DNA from: a virus | DNA length: 64,000 bases | Direction: 5' to 3' (one strand) | Virus record (IMG/VR): IMGVR_UViG_3300028569_000019 | Span: 32,780 to 96,779 of that record | In this document: piece by piece, positions 10,801 to 19,423 of the stretch | Layout of the letters: each line of letters begins with the position of its first letter | Position numbering within the stretch: the first letter of the stretch is position 1 | Program-made: the position numbers and the translations under genes | Notes under the pieces: model-generated | The model's database searches: none | What the model saw: the letters and a program-made list of their open reading frames with translations, nothing else | What the model was told of the DNA's origin: nothing

Positions 10801-12500
10801 TAGGAAATTTGGATAAAATCAAAGTTTTAAAAGACCCACTTGATAATCAATATTTTGATGAGCATTCCTATAATTTAGACTCAATATCAATACCAAATAA
10901 GGAAGATGTTTATTCCAATTTGTTTTATTTATGGAGTTTTGATACGCCTGTAGATTTGTATTCACCTTCATCTATCCGTACATCTGTAGATAATCAAAAT
11001 ATTTATTATCAGACACAATTCTTTGCTTATAATTTTGGTCAAAAAGAAAAATATTTTAGTTATCCAACTTGTTCCAATGTATTGATAAATCAATTTCCAT
11101 ATCAGTTTGATAAAATCAATGTTAAACAAACTATAAATACAAATAATTTTGGGCCAAATTATAAGATTAACAGTAAGATAAACAAAATAACAGAAACTGC
11201 GTTGTCTAATTTAACACCATACGATTATTCAACACGTATTCAGGACAGTTTGGGTGATGATTCCATCTTATCTGGATTTTTTATAAGTCCATATAACTAT
11301 TTGAATCAAAAAATAGAGAATTTTATAGGTTTAGATGGTATAGCAGATATCATCGGTGAACCTGAAAATCTAACTAAACAAAATTATGTTGGTTTAACTA
11401 CCTTACAACGTGAATTTGGAAAAATCAATGAAAAATATGTATATCCACAAGAATTTTACAGTACGTATAAATTCTATATTGATTTTTCTGTATTTGACGT
11501 TGTACAAAATTTAAAACCAGCTAGATCCAATTTATTAACAGGAGTTTTATTGGAGCCAAGCTTATTTGAACGTAAAAAGTTTAACTATAGAGATGTAGAG
11601 TTTGTAACAAATAATGAATTTAATTTATATTTTAATAATAAAGCTACATTTACATCTTCATTAATAAATACGAACAATACTTCAAGCTTTACTATAGTAA
11701 CTAGTTCACGTGTTAATGACATTACATCTGATAAAAATACATACAACTATTCTCGTCTCGAAATTAAAGATGCAATAGATGATCGTGATTTTATTTATGC
11801 AAAATATGGGAAGTATGTATTTGTTGATCCAAATGGATACAATGTACGTGACACCGTTAATGTATCAAGAAATGATTATTATCAATGCGTTAATAATGAT
11901 GGATTTGTAGTAACATTTACATCTTCGTTTGATGAAGTTCAAGTTATTGGGTCTGGGTCAGGATATTCAACAGGTACATCTGGCACAGCAGGTTCTTCTG
12001 GTACATCTGGTACATCCGGAACATCAGGCACTTCAGGCACATCTGGTACAAACTATATAGGATTTAATGTTCAAGTTACAGGAAGTAAGTACTTAAAAAA
12101 CTACTATAAAGGTGTGTTTAATACAGGATATTCTAATAGACATTTAAGTAAGTTCTCATTTGTTGGAAGTAGAACTAAATATCAAGCAGTAAGTGGTTCT
12201 AAGACGCAACTTTTGAATGGACTAAAGTTGAATTCAAAAGGCGATATTACATATTATACTTATACCAAGGGTAAAAATGATCAAAATAGTACTGTAAATA
12301 GAGATGGCATTACAAATGGAAGTGCGCCTGTTATTACTATACCTGGATTTTTAAGTTTGAATATCGAAACTAATAATGCTCCTATATATGGCGACACAAC
12401 TGGATCAATTGGTAGTCCAGACTCACTATTCACGCAATTACCACTAACCGCTTCTTTACTAACCAGTGCAAGTTTGGAAAGATACATAATGAATTTATAA
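7875..12500 (+). CDS. Large baseplate wedge/structural protein with a lectin-like region and GTS insert
   Basis: 1541 aa; MVGHFFDNI...KSKGT segment typical of wedge proteins; TIEFSLRF/FIGNLDKIKV LamG-like strands. Confidence 0.6.
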   Translation: MPYDYLTINDNDLNKGITSASYLNANLQSLYEQKLVNEDIFYGESDDDLFEFTLYNNNQQLVSFNRVVPSVTYSVLQGSYRDINNVLRSYRFANPFTNIVSYKNDILLHPQFDLNASGVGPGLYYLLYNPVRNIAGNPTNRLVIKEISPSRTEIRLSYAFDTTKNESSRLDAVKITSFADKKYLLLRIYQDLIAIIKNNPIEQDFLLNKDKYNYADICLKLGLKSEAELQEFITSTYVGYNTVIKLNNDTDNAILQTSKFSGVQEQINNFIYTYNNVEFTSEDILESFRIITLKVSQDRVLQKSSINDIDLQNILGLFEQTIYTDWILPQVTNLLENYKTKYYGYYKNALNFDNGNLIKILDHTNYLNPTDDTFNIQVKLDAPLPLQYNVKTTCWISNISIAPIYFKANLFTSKISRKVFLNDINFDVQVNAVNSSTQKFDSNDAFTLDKATIRLKEKYNDLYIDYTDFNNFINYSSAELRTKIAKNKIKDYNQLESVKKSTITSSLNTNALISSSYSQLVNQKTTQQITLLDTFDEYESYLFFNSSSIDDKIDEAITYDSDNYNSLVYQLPEYVKDDSDSADYIKFTAMVGHFFDNILVFIKKFPKAYPISNNDSNYYPKNYIDELLNSFSWNIDIDKFSQSDLNQLYFNNQEIAGYNSASYFDYTKSILNRFANNISSVYKSKGTVNSFEMIRTMFGIPAGIISTREYGSADAFSNRDNYFVYDDIIYMTDFKENNFLNFEHTSSDFIYTTSSYYASGSNINTLTSSVEYASRFNGISTIEFSLRFKSTDYNFGDKIQLLSKYRNKKSDWNLFVKKSKQVESGQLIFEIHPYELGNTTSSLVLNEMPLLNGNIFTVMLKREPIAGDFDKLNISSSKIINQVTPFIIEDDGDFVVEDDNDFVTLASQKTTLTSSYFVNSTKEYIPYVYSLSINQYDGSTKNFSSTKRKIISHTANRNFSSGSYYIGNYSSSVSFIGNLDKIKVLKDPLDNQYFDEHSYNLDSISIPNKEDVYSNLFYLWSFDTPVDLYSPSSIRTSVDNQNIYYQTQFFAYNFGQKEKYFSYPTCSNVLINQFPYQFDKINVKQTINTNNFGPNYKINSKINKITETALSNLTPYDYSTRIQDSLGDDSILSGFFISPYNYLNQKIENFIGLDGIADIIGEPENLTKQNYVGLTTLQREFGKINEKYVYPQEFYSTYKFYIDFSVFDVVQNLKPARSNLLTGVLLEPSLFERKKFNYRDVEFVTNNEFNLYFNNKATFTSSLINTNNTSSFTIVTSSRVNDITSDKNTYNYSRLEIKDAIDDRDFIYAKYGKYVFVDPNGYNVRDTVNVSRNDYYQCVNNDGFVVTFTSSFDEVQVIGSGSGYSTGTSGTAGSSGTSGTSGTSGTSGTSGTNYIGFNVQVTGSKYLKNYYKGVFNTGYSNRHLSKFSFVGSRTKYQAVSGSKTQLLNGLKLNSKGDITYYTYTKGKNDQNSTVNRDGITNGSAPVITIPGFLSLNIETNNAPIYGDTTGSIGSPDSLFTQLPLTASLLTSASLERYIMNL
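11949..12052 (+). repeat. In-frame (GTS)n low-complexity insert
   Basis: Encodes GSGSGYSTGTSGTAGSSGTSGTSGTSGTSGTSGT. Confidence 0.9.
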
Positions 12501-12546
12501 TTCATATTTTTGAGTAAAAATTAAAACTTATCAATAATTATTATAT

Positions 12547-13188
12547 ATGGCATATTTAAATAACAACATTCTTACAGTGAATGCTGTATTGACTAAAAAG
12601 GGAAGAGAAATCCTCGCAAAAACGGGTGGATTAAACATTACAGCCTTTGCTTTGGCTGACGATGAAATTGATTACACGCAGTTTAATCCAAATCATCCAC
12701 TAGGTAGTGCATATTACGACATAGCTATTCGTAACACTCCTATTATGGAACCTATTACGGATGAGTCACAATCAATGAAGTATAAGTTAGTAACTTTAAA
12801 TGACGGAGTAACGTCTGTGCCAACAATAAGTGTAGCACAAAGTGTAATTACTGTAGATAGAGATTATACAGGCGAACTCTTAATTAGTCCTAGTACAAAC
12901 CCAACTTACAATGTTACCCTTGGGTATACCGCAATTTTGGCAAATAAAAACGTTGGCACATTGGTTGTGACCGAAACAAATAGTTTGAATTCAACCAGTG
13001 CTACAATTCCTACTTTCTCAGGAGATTTAACTTCACAAACTTCTCAAGTAGTAGTAGGTAACAAATTTAGATTTGTTCCAAATGCTGGTTTGTCTAAAAC
13101 TACAACCACTAATATTACAATTATTGGCAATGAAAGTGGTGGTAATACATCCATTACAGTGACAGTTAAAGTTCCAACAACAACATAA
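12547..13188 (+). CDS. Baseplate / tail-fibre attachment protein
   Basis: AVLTKKGREILAK...ITAFALADDEIDY resembles tail-collar/fibre N-termini. Confidence 0.6.
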   Translation: MAYLNNNILTVNAVLTKKGREILAKTGGLNITAFALADDEIDYTQFNPNHPLGSAYYDIAIRNTPIMEPITDESQSMKYKLVTLNDGVTSVPTISVAQSVITVDRDYTGELLISPSTNPTYNVTLGYTAILANKNVGTLVVTETNSLNSTSATIPTFSGDLTSQTSQVVVGNKFRFVPNAGLSKTTTTNITIIGNESGGNTSITVTVKVPTTT

Positions 13189-13190
13189 TT

Positions 13191-14309
13191 ATGATATTTA
13201 GTAAATTTAATAATGACGACATCGTAGTGGGTAGAATAAATCAAGTATCTTCTGGTTTATTTGGAACTGGCAGTTTATTTGTTAGTCAATCTACGTTTGT
13301 AACACAATCAGGTGTTACTGGTCAAGCTAATCAACTTACTGGTTCCAGTCCATATGATGTGAGAAATGGTCAATATTATCTTGATATTTACTCAGGTGGC
13401 GACTTATATTTTGATGTAGCATATGGCGATTATGCAAATAGTGGTAGTTCACTTTTCGATGTCACTACTTATACAACTCCAGTATTGACAAATGAAACAA
13501 AAGTCATCTATTCTCAATACAAAAATACGCTCTTACAACCAGGTGATACTTTATTTAGTTTTGCATCTGGAAGCGTGGATAATATCGTGGATAGTGAAGC
13601 TATTTATGTAATTAGTTATGCCGCCGACAAATTTAAAGATCAAACAGACCCTGGGCAAATACAAATTTCTTTCAGTGGATCAGTTGGACCAAAGAAATTT
13701 ACATTTATCGATGATTCACAAGTTGTAAATAAACAACAAAATTCATACAATTTAATTTCCGGATCAATTGTAAATGGAATCGCTACGCCTTATTTGAAAA
13801 ATGGATCGCCTGTTTATGCAGGCATCGGTCTACTATATCCATCGAATGGCGTTATCGTATTTAATGCTATAAACCTAGATAGGTACGTTGGAATTACAGC
13901 TGGTCAACAAATTTTAAATAGAAAAAACTATTCCAATAGTGTAACTACCACAAATCGAAGTGGATACTGGAAAGTTTGGACAAGAGATTTTTATAATTCT
14001 TTAAGAAGATCCAAATCAACTATGGGTGTTAGAAAGTCTGAATTTGTACCTTCTACAAATTACTTCGTTCGTGTTAAAAATAAAGAATTTAATTATAGCA
14101 ACAATCCAACTTTTGTTTCTGATGGAACTGATGGTTTGACTAAAGGAACTATTATTTATCAAGATTTGATTAATAATCCAAGAACCTATATTACCTCGGT
14201 TGGTTTATATAATGATAATAACGAACTATTGGCAATTGGTAAAATTAGTCAGCCTACAATGAAATCCTTTGATAACGAATTATTGATTAAGGTGCGGATT
14301 GATTTCTAA
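13191..14309 (+). CDS. Baseplate structural protein
   Basis: C-terminal YITSVGLYNDNNELLAIGK...P.K motif, paralogous to the C-terminus of 15046..17622. Confidence 0.6.
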   Translation: MIFSKFNNDDIVVGRINQVSSGLFGTGSLFVSQSTFVTQSGVTGQANQLTGSSPYDVRNGQYYLDIYSGGDLYFDVAYGDYANSGSSLFDVTTYTTPVLTNETKVIYSQYKNTLLQPGDTLFSFASGSVDNIVDSEAIYVISYAADKFKDQTDPGQIQISFSGSVGPKKFTFIDDSQVVNKQQNSYNLISGSIVNGIATPYLKNGSPVYAGIGLLYPSNGVIVFNAINLDRYVGITAGQQILNRKNYSNSVTTTNRSGYWKVWTRDFYNSLRRSKSTMGVRKSEFVPSTNYFVRVKNKEFNYSNNPTFVSDGTDGLTKGTIIYQDLINNPRTYITSVGLYNDNNELLAIGKISQPTMKSFDNELLIKVRIDF

Positions 14310-14345
14310 TATATAATAGTTTGTTTTTATTCTATTTATAATAGA

Positions 14346-15044
14346 ATGATCAAATTTTTTAAAACACAAGACGTACTGGTTACCAGATTTACTGTTTCCA
14401 AAGAAAAGACGTTTAATAACGTTTTAAATAATCTTCTTTTTGGCACAGACGGTACTGATGACAGTGCATTTCCGATACAATTGTCTTACGTTTCGTGCGA
14501 TAATAATAAGTCTGGAAGTTGTGAGGGAGTTACTTTTGACGATGTATATTTAGCAATTACACAATTTGAAGAATCGTCTCAAATTGATTTTTCAGTGGGT
14601 AAATATGTAAATTCTAGCTCTGTTTTTTATCCGTCGTCAAGTGCTAAATGGAATCCGGTGGTTAATCCTGTAAATGTTAACGGTACATACAAAGGACAGG
14701 TTTATAACACTGTAAATAAAATGTATTATAATAACTACAATAATAGTTATAACATATTTGGCTTTGACGATTACGATAACCAACGTACAAAATTAGATTT
14801 GACTAATGATTTTTCTTTATATAGATTAGCCGTTGATCAAACCGGTGATGGAATTAAAAGAAATTCAGTTGTGATATATAATCAATCAGGAGATATAGTT
14901 TCCAACATACTCGACGATGGAAATCATAATTTGATATTGGGTGGTACTTATTTCATTAATAGTTACGAATTTACTACTGGAAGCAAAGATACTGTAGAAA
15001 ACCGTGGTACTTATGGTTTGGGTTATTATTTATTGAATACATAG
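14346..15044 (+). CDS. Virion structural protein
   Basis: Context; DDGNHNL beta motif. Confidence 0.5.
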   Translation: MIKFFKTQDVLVTRFTVSKEKTFNNVLNNLLFGTDGTDDSAFPIQLSYVSCDNNKSGSCEGVTFDDVYLAITQFEESSQIDFSVGKYVNSSSVFYPSSSAKWNPVVNPVNVNGTYKGQVYNTVNKMYYNNYNNSYNIFGFDDYDNQRTKLDLTNDFSLYRLAVDQTGDGIKRNSVVIYNQSGDIVSNILDDGNHNLILGGTYFINSYEFTTGSKDTVENRGTYGLGYYLLNT

Positions 15045-15045
15045 T

Positions 15046-17622
15046 ATGAGTTTAATTAACATATATAACGAACGATATGGTACCTCTGTTGCTACTAACG
15101 GTAATATAATAGCAATAGGAAATCCCCCAACTAAAAACTGGAGTTATTCAGAGGGATTTTCCCGCAGAGGACAAATATTGTTGGTTCGTAAAAATCAATT
15201 TGAATCAAACTATGAAGTGATTAAAACTTTATTCAATGAAAACGATAATTTGTTAACTCCATATTACACAGAACAAAGTAGTAGTATGGTAAACACAAGT
15301 TCTTTAATTGCTAATAGTGGCAGTTTACCAAATGTAAATGCATCGTGTAGTTATTTAACAGTTGAAAACGATACCAAATTTGTTTATCAGAGCAAGTACG
15401 GAGAATCTTTGGACGTTAGTGATTATTTTCTCGCAGCAAGCGACATTTCACTAACGCAAAGTGTCGATAATAGAAACCTCTTCACACAAAATCAAGTAAA
15501 CATATATGAAATCGATCCAAATTACGTATATGAAAGCGGAAGTATAAGAGCCAAATCCACTGAGTTTACCAAGGAAACTATAAGTACCTATCAAATAAGT
15601 TCGACTCCGATTGCTTATTTAACATCATCGATAAATTCCCAATTTGGTAAAGCTGTTAGCATTTCAAACAATTATTTAGCGGTGGGTGCGCCGGGTTATA
15701 ACAATGGCAGAGGATGTGTTTATGTTTTTAAGAATGTAAACAATAACTACAATTTTGTGCAAACATTAAGTAGTAGTGTTACTTTAGATCCATATCAATC
15801 CGCATTTGGATTCAGTGTTTGTATAGACAAATATTCTGAAAATAAGTTGGCGGTGGGATGTAACCAAGTGTCCGCTAGCAAAGTGTTTTTATTTACATCT
15901 GGTTCAGGTGGATGGAGACTGTCTCAGAGATTTCAAAATATAACTGGATCTGAATATTTGAAATTGGAAGGTTTTGAATTTGATTTGTATCCATCTGGAA
16001 GTTTATCAGCCGCTCAGAAAAACAATAGATTTGGTTATTCTGTGTCTTTACATAAAAACGTTCTAGCAATAGGTTCTCCCAATGATCTTTTGTATTATGA
16101 ATATTCAGGATCAAATCTGTTAAGACAAAGAGGAGCAACTTATATTTATGAAAACGGATTGTGTCCAACCGGATCCAATCAATATTTGTTTATTGAAAAA
16201 CTTTATGGCGATGAAATAACCTTTAAAGATAATATGATGGGTTATTCTGTATCAACATACAATAATAAAGTATTAATAGGATCCCCAAAGCCATATTTCC
16301 CATTTAGCTCACTTTACATTTCTAGTTCAGTTAGATACTATGATAAATTTTATGACGTAAATGATTACGGGGAATCAAGTTACTGTGGTCAATGTTTATA
16401 TTATAACGTCAGTAATTCTATTGTAACGCAGATTACTACAGATCCTATTGCTAAACGAAAAGAGTATAATAAACCATTTAGTGCATTTGGATATTCAGTA
16501 GCTTTATCAGAACCAAATTTAATTGTTGGATCTCCTATTCCATTAAATGACGATTTATACTTAAGTATACCATTGATAACAGAATCAGGCAGTTACAGTG
16601 ATCCTAATTATGCAAAAACATCATCGTTTAATCCTGAAAACTGTACTGAGTCCGCTGATGTGGTATATTTTCAAATAGAAGACACAGTTTATGGAAGTGG
16701 TAGCGTTGAAGCAAAAATTGCTTTACAAATGGAGGCAGAAACATATACCGATATAGTTGGTAAAGCTTATATTTATGACAATTTAGATTTAAAAACAAAT
16801 TATCCCGTTGGTAATATTTTTTATAACAACAATAGTTTGGTTTTGAATAACACAGGCAGTGTACTGAATTTGTTGACAAGAGATCCTGTTAACCCCGACC
16901 AACCATCTTTGTATATGGATTATAGGACTCTCATAACAACTTATGAAAAGCAGTATATTTGCACAATAATGCCTGGGGAATTTAATATATCAACGAATCC
17001 TACAGCTACAACTTCATCACTGATAAATTATTGTGTATTTAACAAGAGCACATTTAATTTCGAAAATTTGGATATCATTTTAAGATATATAAACTATAAG
17101 AACGTTGTACCTGGTTCTGAAAAATGGTATTTAAATATGATATCAAATGATGTAGAACAAAACATTTTTGGGTTCTACACTTCGTCTTATTTAAATTATA
17201 ACACCAATTTACTAACATCTGATTTGAAAAATATATTGGCAGAAAAGAATTTGGATGTGGATAATGATGGTAAAGTAGATGTTTACGACGGTAAAATGAT
17301 GTGGAAGTATTTCATTGAAAAATTAAACTTCACCAATTATAAATCTTATTTGAACACCTTAAGCAATCGAAATAACTACGATGACATTATTAGATTCTTG
17401 GATAACCAAACAGGTAAATCAATCAAGAATTATGTCAAACAACCATTTTTCAATTATCAATATAGTTCATCAATTGATCCAACGGGATCTTACTTAGCAC
17501 CATATATAACTACAGTTGGATTATACAGTGGATGTGACTTGGTTGCAGTGGCTAAATTAGCACAACCAATTAAAAATACGGGAGAAATTCCAATAAATAT
17601 TTCTGTTAAATGGGACACTTAA
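15046..17622 (+). CDS. FG-GAP beta-propeller protein with dockerin/EF-hand-like loop and baseplate C-terminal domain
   Basis: Repeats FGKAVSISNNYLAVGAPG, FGYSVSL..NVLAIGSP and FGYSVALSEPNLIVGSP; DVDNDGKVDVYD; YITTVGLY..CDLVAVAKLAQP. Confidence 0.75.
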   Translation: MSLINIYNERYGTSVATNGNIIAIGNPPTKNWSYSEGFSRRGQILLVRKNQFESNYEVIKTLFNENDNLLTPYYTEQSSSMVNTSSLIANSGSLPNVNASCSYLTVENDTKFVYQSKYGESLDVSDYFLAASDISLTQSVDNRNLFTQNQVNIYEIDPNYVYESGSIRAKSTEFTKETISTYQISSTPIAYLTSSINSQFGKAVSISNNYLAVGAPGYNNGRGCVYVFKNVNNNYNFVQTLSSSVTLDPYQSAFGFSVCIDKYSENKLAVGCNQVSASKVFLFTSGSGGWRLSQRFQNITGSEYLKLEGFEFDLYPSGSLSAAQKNNRFGYSVSLHKNVLAIGSPNDLLYYEYSGSNLLRQRGATYIYENGLCPTGSNQYLFIEKLYGDEITFKDNMMGYSVSTYNNKVLIGSPKPYFPFSSLYISSSVRYYDKFYDVNDYGESSYCGQCLYYNVSNSIVTQITTDPIAKRKEYNKPFSAFGYSVALSEPNLIVGSPIPLNDDLYLSIPLITESGSYSDPNYAKTSSFNPENCTESADVVYFQIEDTVYGSGSVEAKIALQMEAETYTDIVGKAYIYDNLDLKTNYPVGNIFYNNNSLVLNNTGSVLNLLTRDPVNPDQPSLYMDYRTLITTYEKQYICTIMPGEFNISTNPTATTSSLINYCVFNKSTFNFENLDIILRYINYKNVVPGSEKWYLNMISNDVEQNIFGFYTSSYLNYNTNLLTSDLKNILAEKNLDVDNDGKVDVYDGKMMWKYFIEKLNFTNYKSYLNTLSNRNNYDDIIRFLDNQTGKSIKNYVKQPFFNYQYSSSIDPTGSYLAPYITTVGLYSGCDLVAVAKLAQPIKNTGEIPINISVKWDT

Positions 17623-17651
17623 TTATATTTATTATATAATAGAACAAATAT

Positions 17652-17957
17652 ATGGCAACATCACCAGACGCAAAAGTAATTGACCGTGAATCATTGAAGA
17701 CCAATTTGGAAGCTAGATATTTAGCTAAACAAAAAGCTGGTGGCACATTCAATGCGTATAAATCTGATGCAGCTACGCCTGGTAATATGTTGGAAGGCTT
17801 GCAAGGTGGACTCGGATATACACAAAAATCACGTGCTTGGACCACTGAACCAGGGTTTAAGACAAAATCTCAGACTATGCAAGAAAATTTCAACGAGAAA
17901 GCTTTGAATTACTCTGACACTTTGCCAGGATTTAATACGAAACGATATTATCGTTGA
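17652..17957 (+). CDS. Hypothetical protein
   Basis: ORF preceded by the ATATTTAT motif. Confidence 0.6.
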   Translation: MATSPDAKVIDRESLKTNLEARYLAKQKAGGTFNAYKSDAATPGNMLEGLQGGLGYTQKSRAWTTEPGFKTKSQTMQENFNEKALNYSDTLPGFNTKRYYR

Positions 17958-17969
17958 TATGTATTTTAA

Positions 17970-18482
17970 ATGGTTATATTAGGTTTAGATTCATCTACAT
18001 CAGTTACAGGTTGGGCATTTAGTAAAGACGGAAAAGTCTTGGATGCTGGTTATATTGATACCAAAAAGTTTGAAACAACAAAAGAAAAAACTTATTTTGT
18101 TATATCTGAACTGGAAAAGAATTCGTTAATTAAAGATGTCACTGATATTAATTTGGAAGCAGCTCTTAGTGGTTTCGCCGGCGGATTCACATCCCAACAA
18201 GTTATAATCACATTAGCCCGTCACAATGCAGTGTTTGCTTACATTATAGAAGAACACTTCAAAGTCAAGGTAAATCTGTTATCGGTTAACACTATGCGCA
18301 AACAGTTGTTTGGTAAGTGTAGAATCAAGGGAATTAAATCAAAAGACTTTGTGAGAATTGAGCTTGAAAAGATGTTGCCCGAAGTCACCAAGTTCACAGT
18401 ACTAAATAAAAAAGGCAATTGGGATGAACGAAACGGCGATATGTACGATGGAATAGTCTGCTCTCTATATAAAAAGTTGTAA
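17970..18482 (+). CDS. ruvC: RuvC-like Holliday junction resolvase
   Basis: ILGLDSSTSVTGWA, central catalytic E (INLEA) and C-terminal DMYDG. Confidence 0.8.
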   Translation: MVILGLDSSTSVTGWAFSKDGKVLDAGYIDTKKFETTKEKTYFVISELEKNSLIKDVTDINLEAALSGFAGGFTSQQVIITLARHNAVFAYIIEEHFKVKVNLLSVNTMRKQLFGKCRIKGIKSKDFVRIELEKMLPEVTKFTVLNKKGNWDERNGDMYDGIVCSLYKKL

Positions 18483-18504
18483 ACTACAAAATCTGTGTTA
18501 TACT
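18477..18504 (+). promoter_or_regulatory. Sigma70-type promoter (TTGTAA-16-TATACT, extended -10 TG)
   Basis: The -10 element ends 7 nt before the primase ATG. Confidence 0.6.
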
Positions 18505-18511
18505 GTTTAAA

Positions 18512-19423
18512 ATGACTGTAGTTGACACTCTATCAAGATTATTTAAACAAAAGGTTCACATCCAAAAAGGCGGTGAAGAAATTCTTGTTTTTTGTCCCAA
18601 TTGCAAACATCATAAACGAAAGTTAAACATAAATACCAAAACTGGTTTTTACCAATGTTGGGTATGTAACTTTAGCGGAAAAAGTTTTCATAGTCTTCTT
18701 AAAAAAGTAAAAGCGCCCAAAGAATATTATGACGTTTTATGTAAAGATGTACCAAAACGAAATAACGTCGAAGTAAAAGAAGAAAAAAAGATATTAAGTT
18801 TGCCTGAGGAGTTTAAACCGTTGTGTAAACCAAATAGTGATATTGAATATAAACGTGCTTTGAGTTATTGTTTAAATAGAAATATAACTACACTTGATAT
18901 AGTTAGATACAATATTGGTTATTGCAATAGTGGTGCATTTATAAATAGAGTAATTGTGCCATCATATGACTCCACAGGAAAACTTAACTTTTATTGTGGT
19001 AGATCATTTTATGATGGATATCTCAAATATAGATTGTGTGATGGTAGCAAGGACATCGTAGGGTTTGAGTTGTTTACAGATTTTAATAAACCGATTACTT
19101 TGGTTGAAGGTGTATTTGATGCTATGTCTGTGAAATATAACGCAATACCTCTTTTTGGGAAAACCTTATCCAAAACACTCAGAATGAAGTTGATGGATAA
19201 TAAACCACCTAGAGTAAATGTGCTTTTGGATAACGATGCATTATCATCAAGTCTGAAAATTTGTGATTTTTTACTTGCCAACAATATAGAAACTTATTTG
19301 GTACGACTTGATGGTAAAGATCCAAATGAATTGGGTCACGAAAAGACTTGGCAAACCATACACAACAGTGTTAGAATGAATGAGAGTCTACTGTACAAGT
19401 TTAAATTAACGGTTAAATTATGA
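18512..19423 (+). CDS. DNA primase (Zn finger + TOPRIM)
   Basis: CPNC...CWVC zinc finger, LVEGVFDA, LLDND and KDPNE motifs. Confidence 0.9.
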   Translation: MTVVDTLSRLFKQKVHIQKGGEEILVFCPNCKHHKRKLNINTKTGFYQCWVCNFSGKSFHSLLKKVKAPKEYYDVLCKDVPKRNNVEVKEEKKILSLPEEFKPLCKPNSDIEYKRALSYCLNRNITTLDIVRYNIGYCNSGAFINRVIVPSYDSTGKLNFYCGRSFYDGYLKYRLCDGSKDIVGFELFTDFNKPITLVEGVFDAMSVKYNAIPLFGKTLSKTLRMKLMDNKPPRVNVLLDNDALSSSLKICDFLLANNIETYLVRLDGKDPNELGHEKTWQTIHNSVRMNESLLYKFKLTVKL

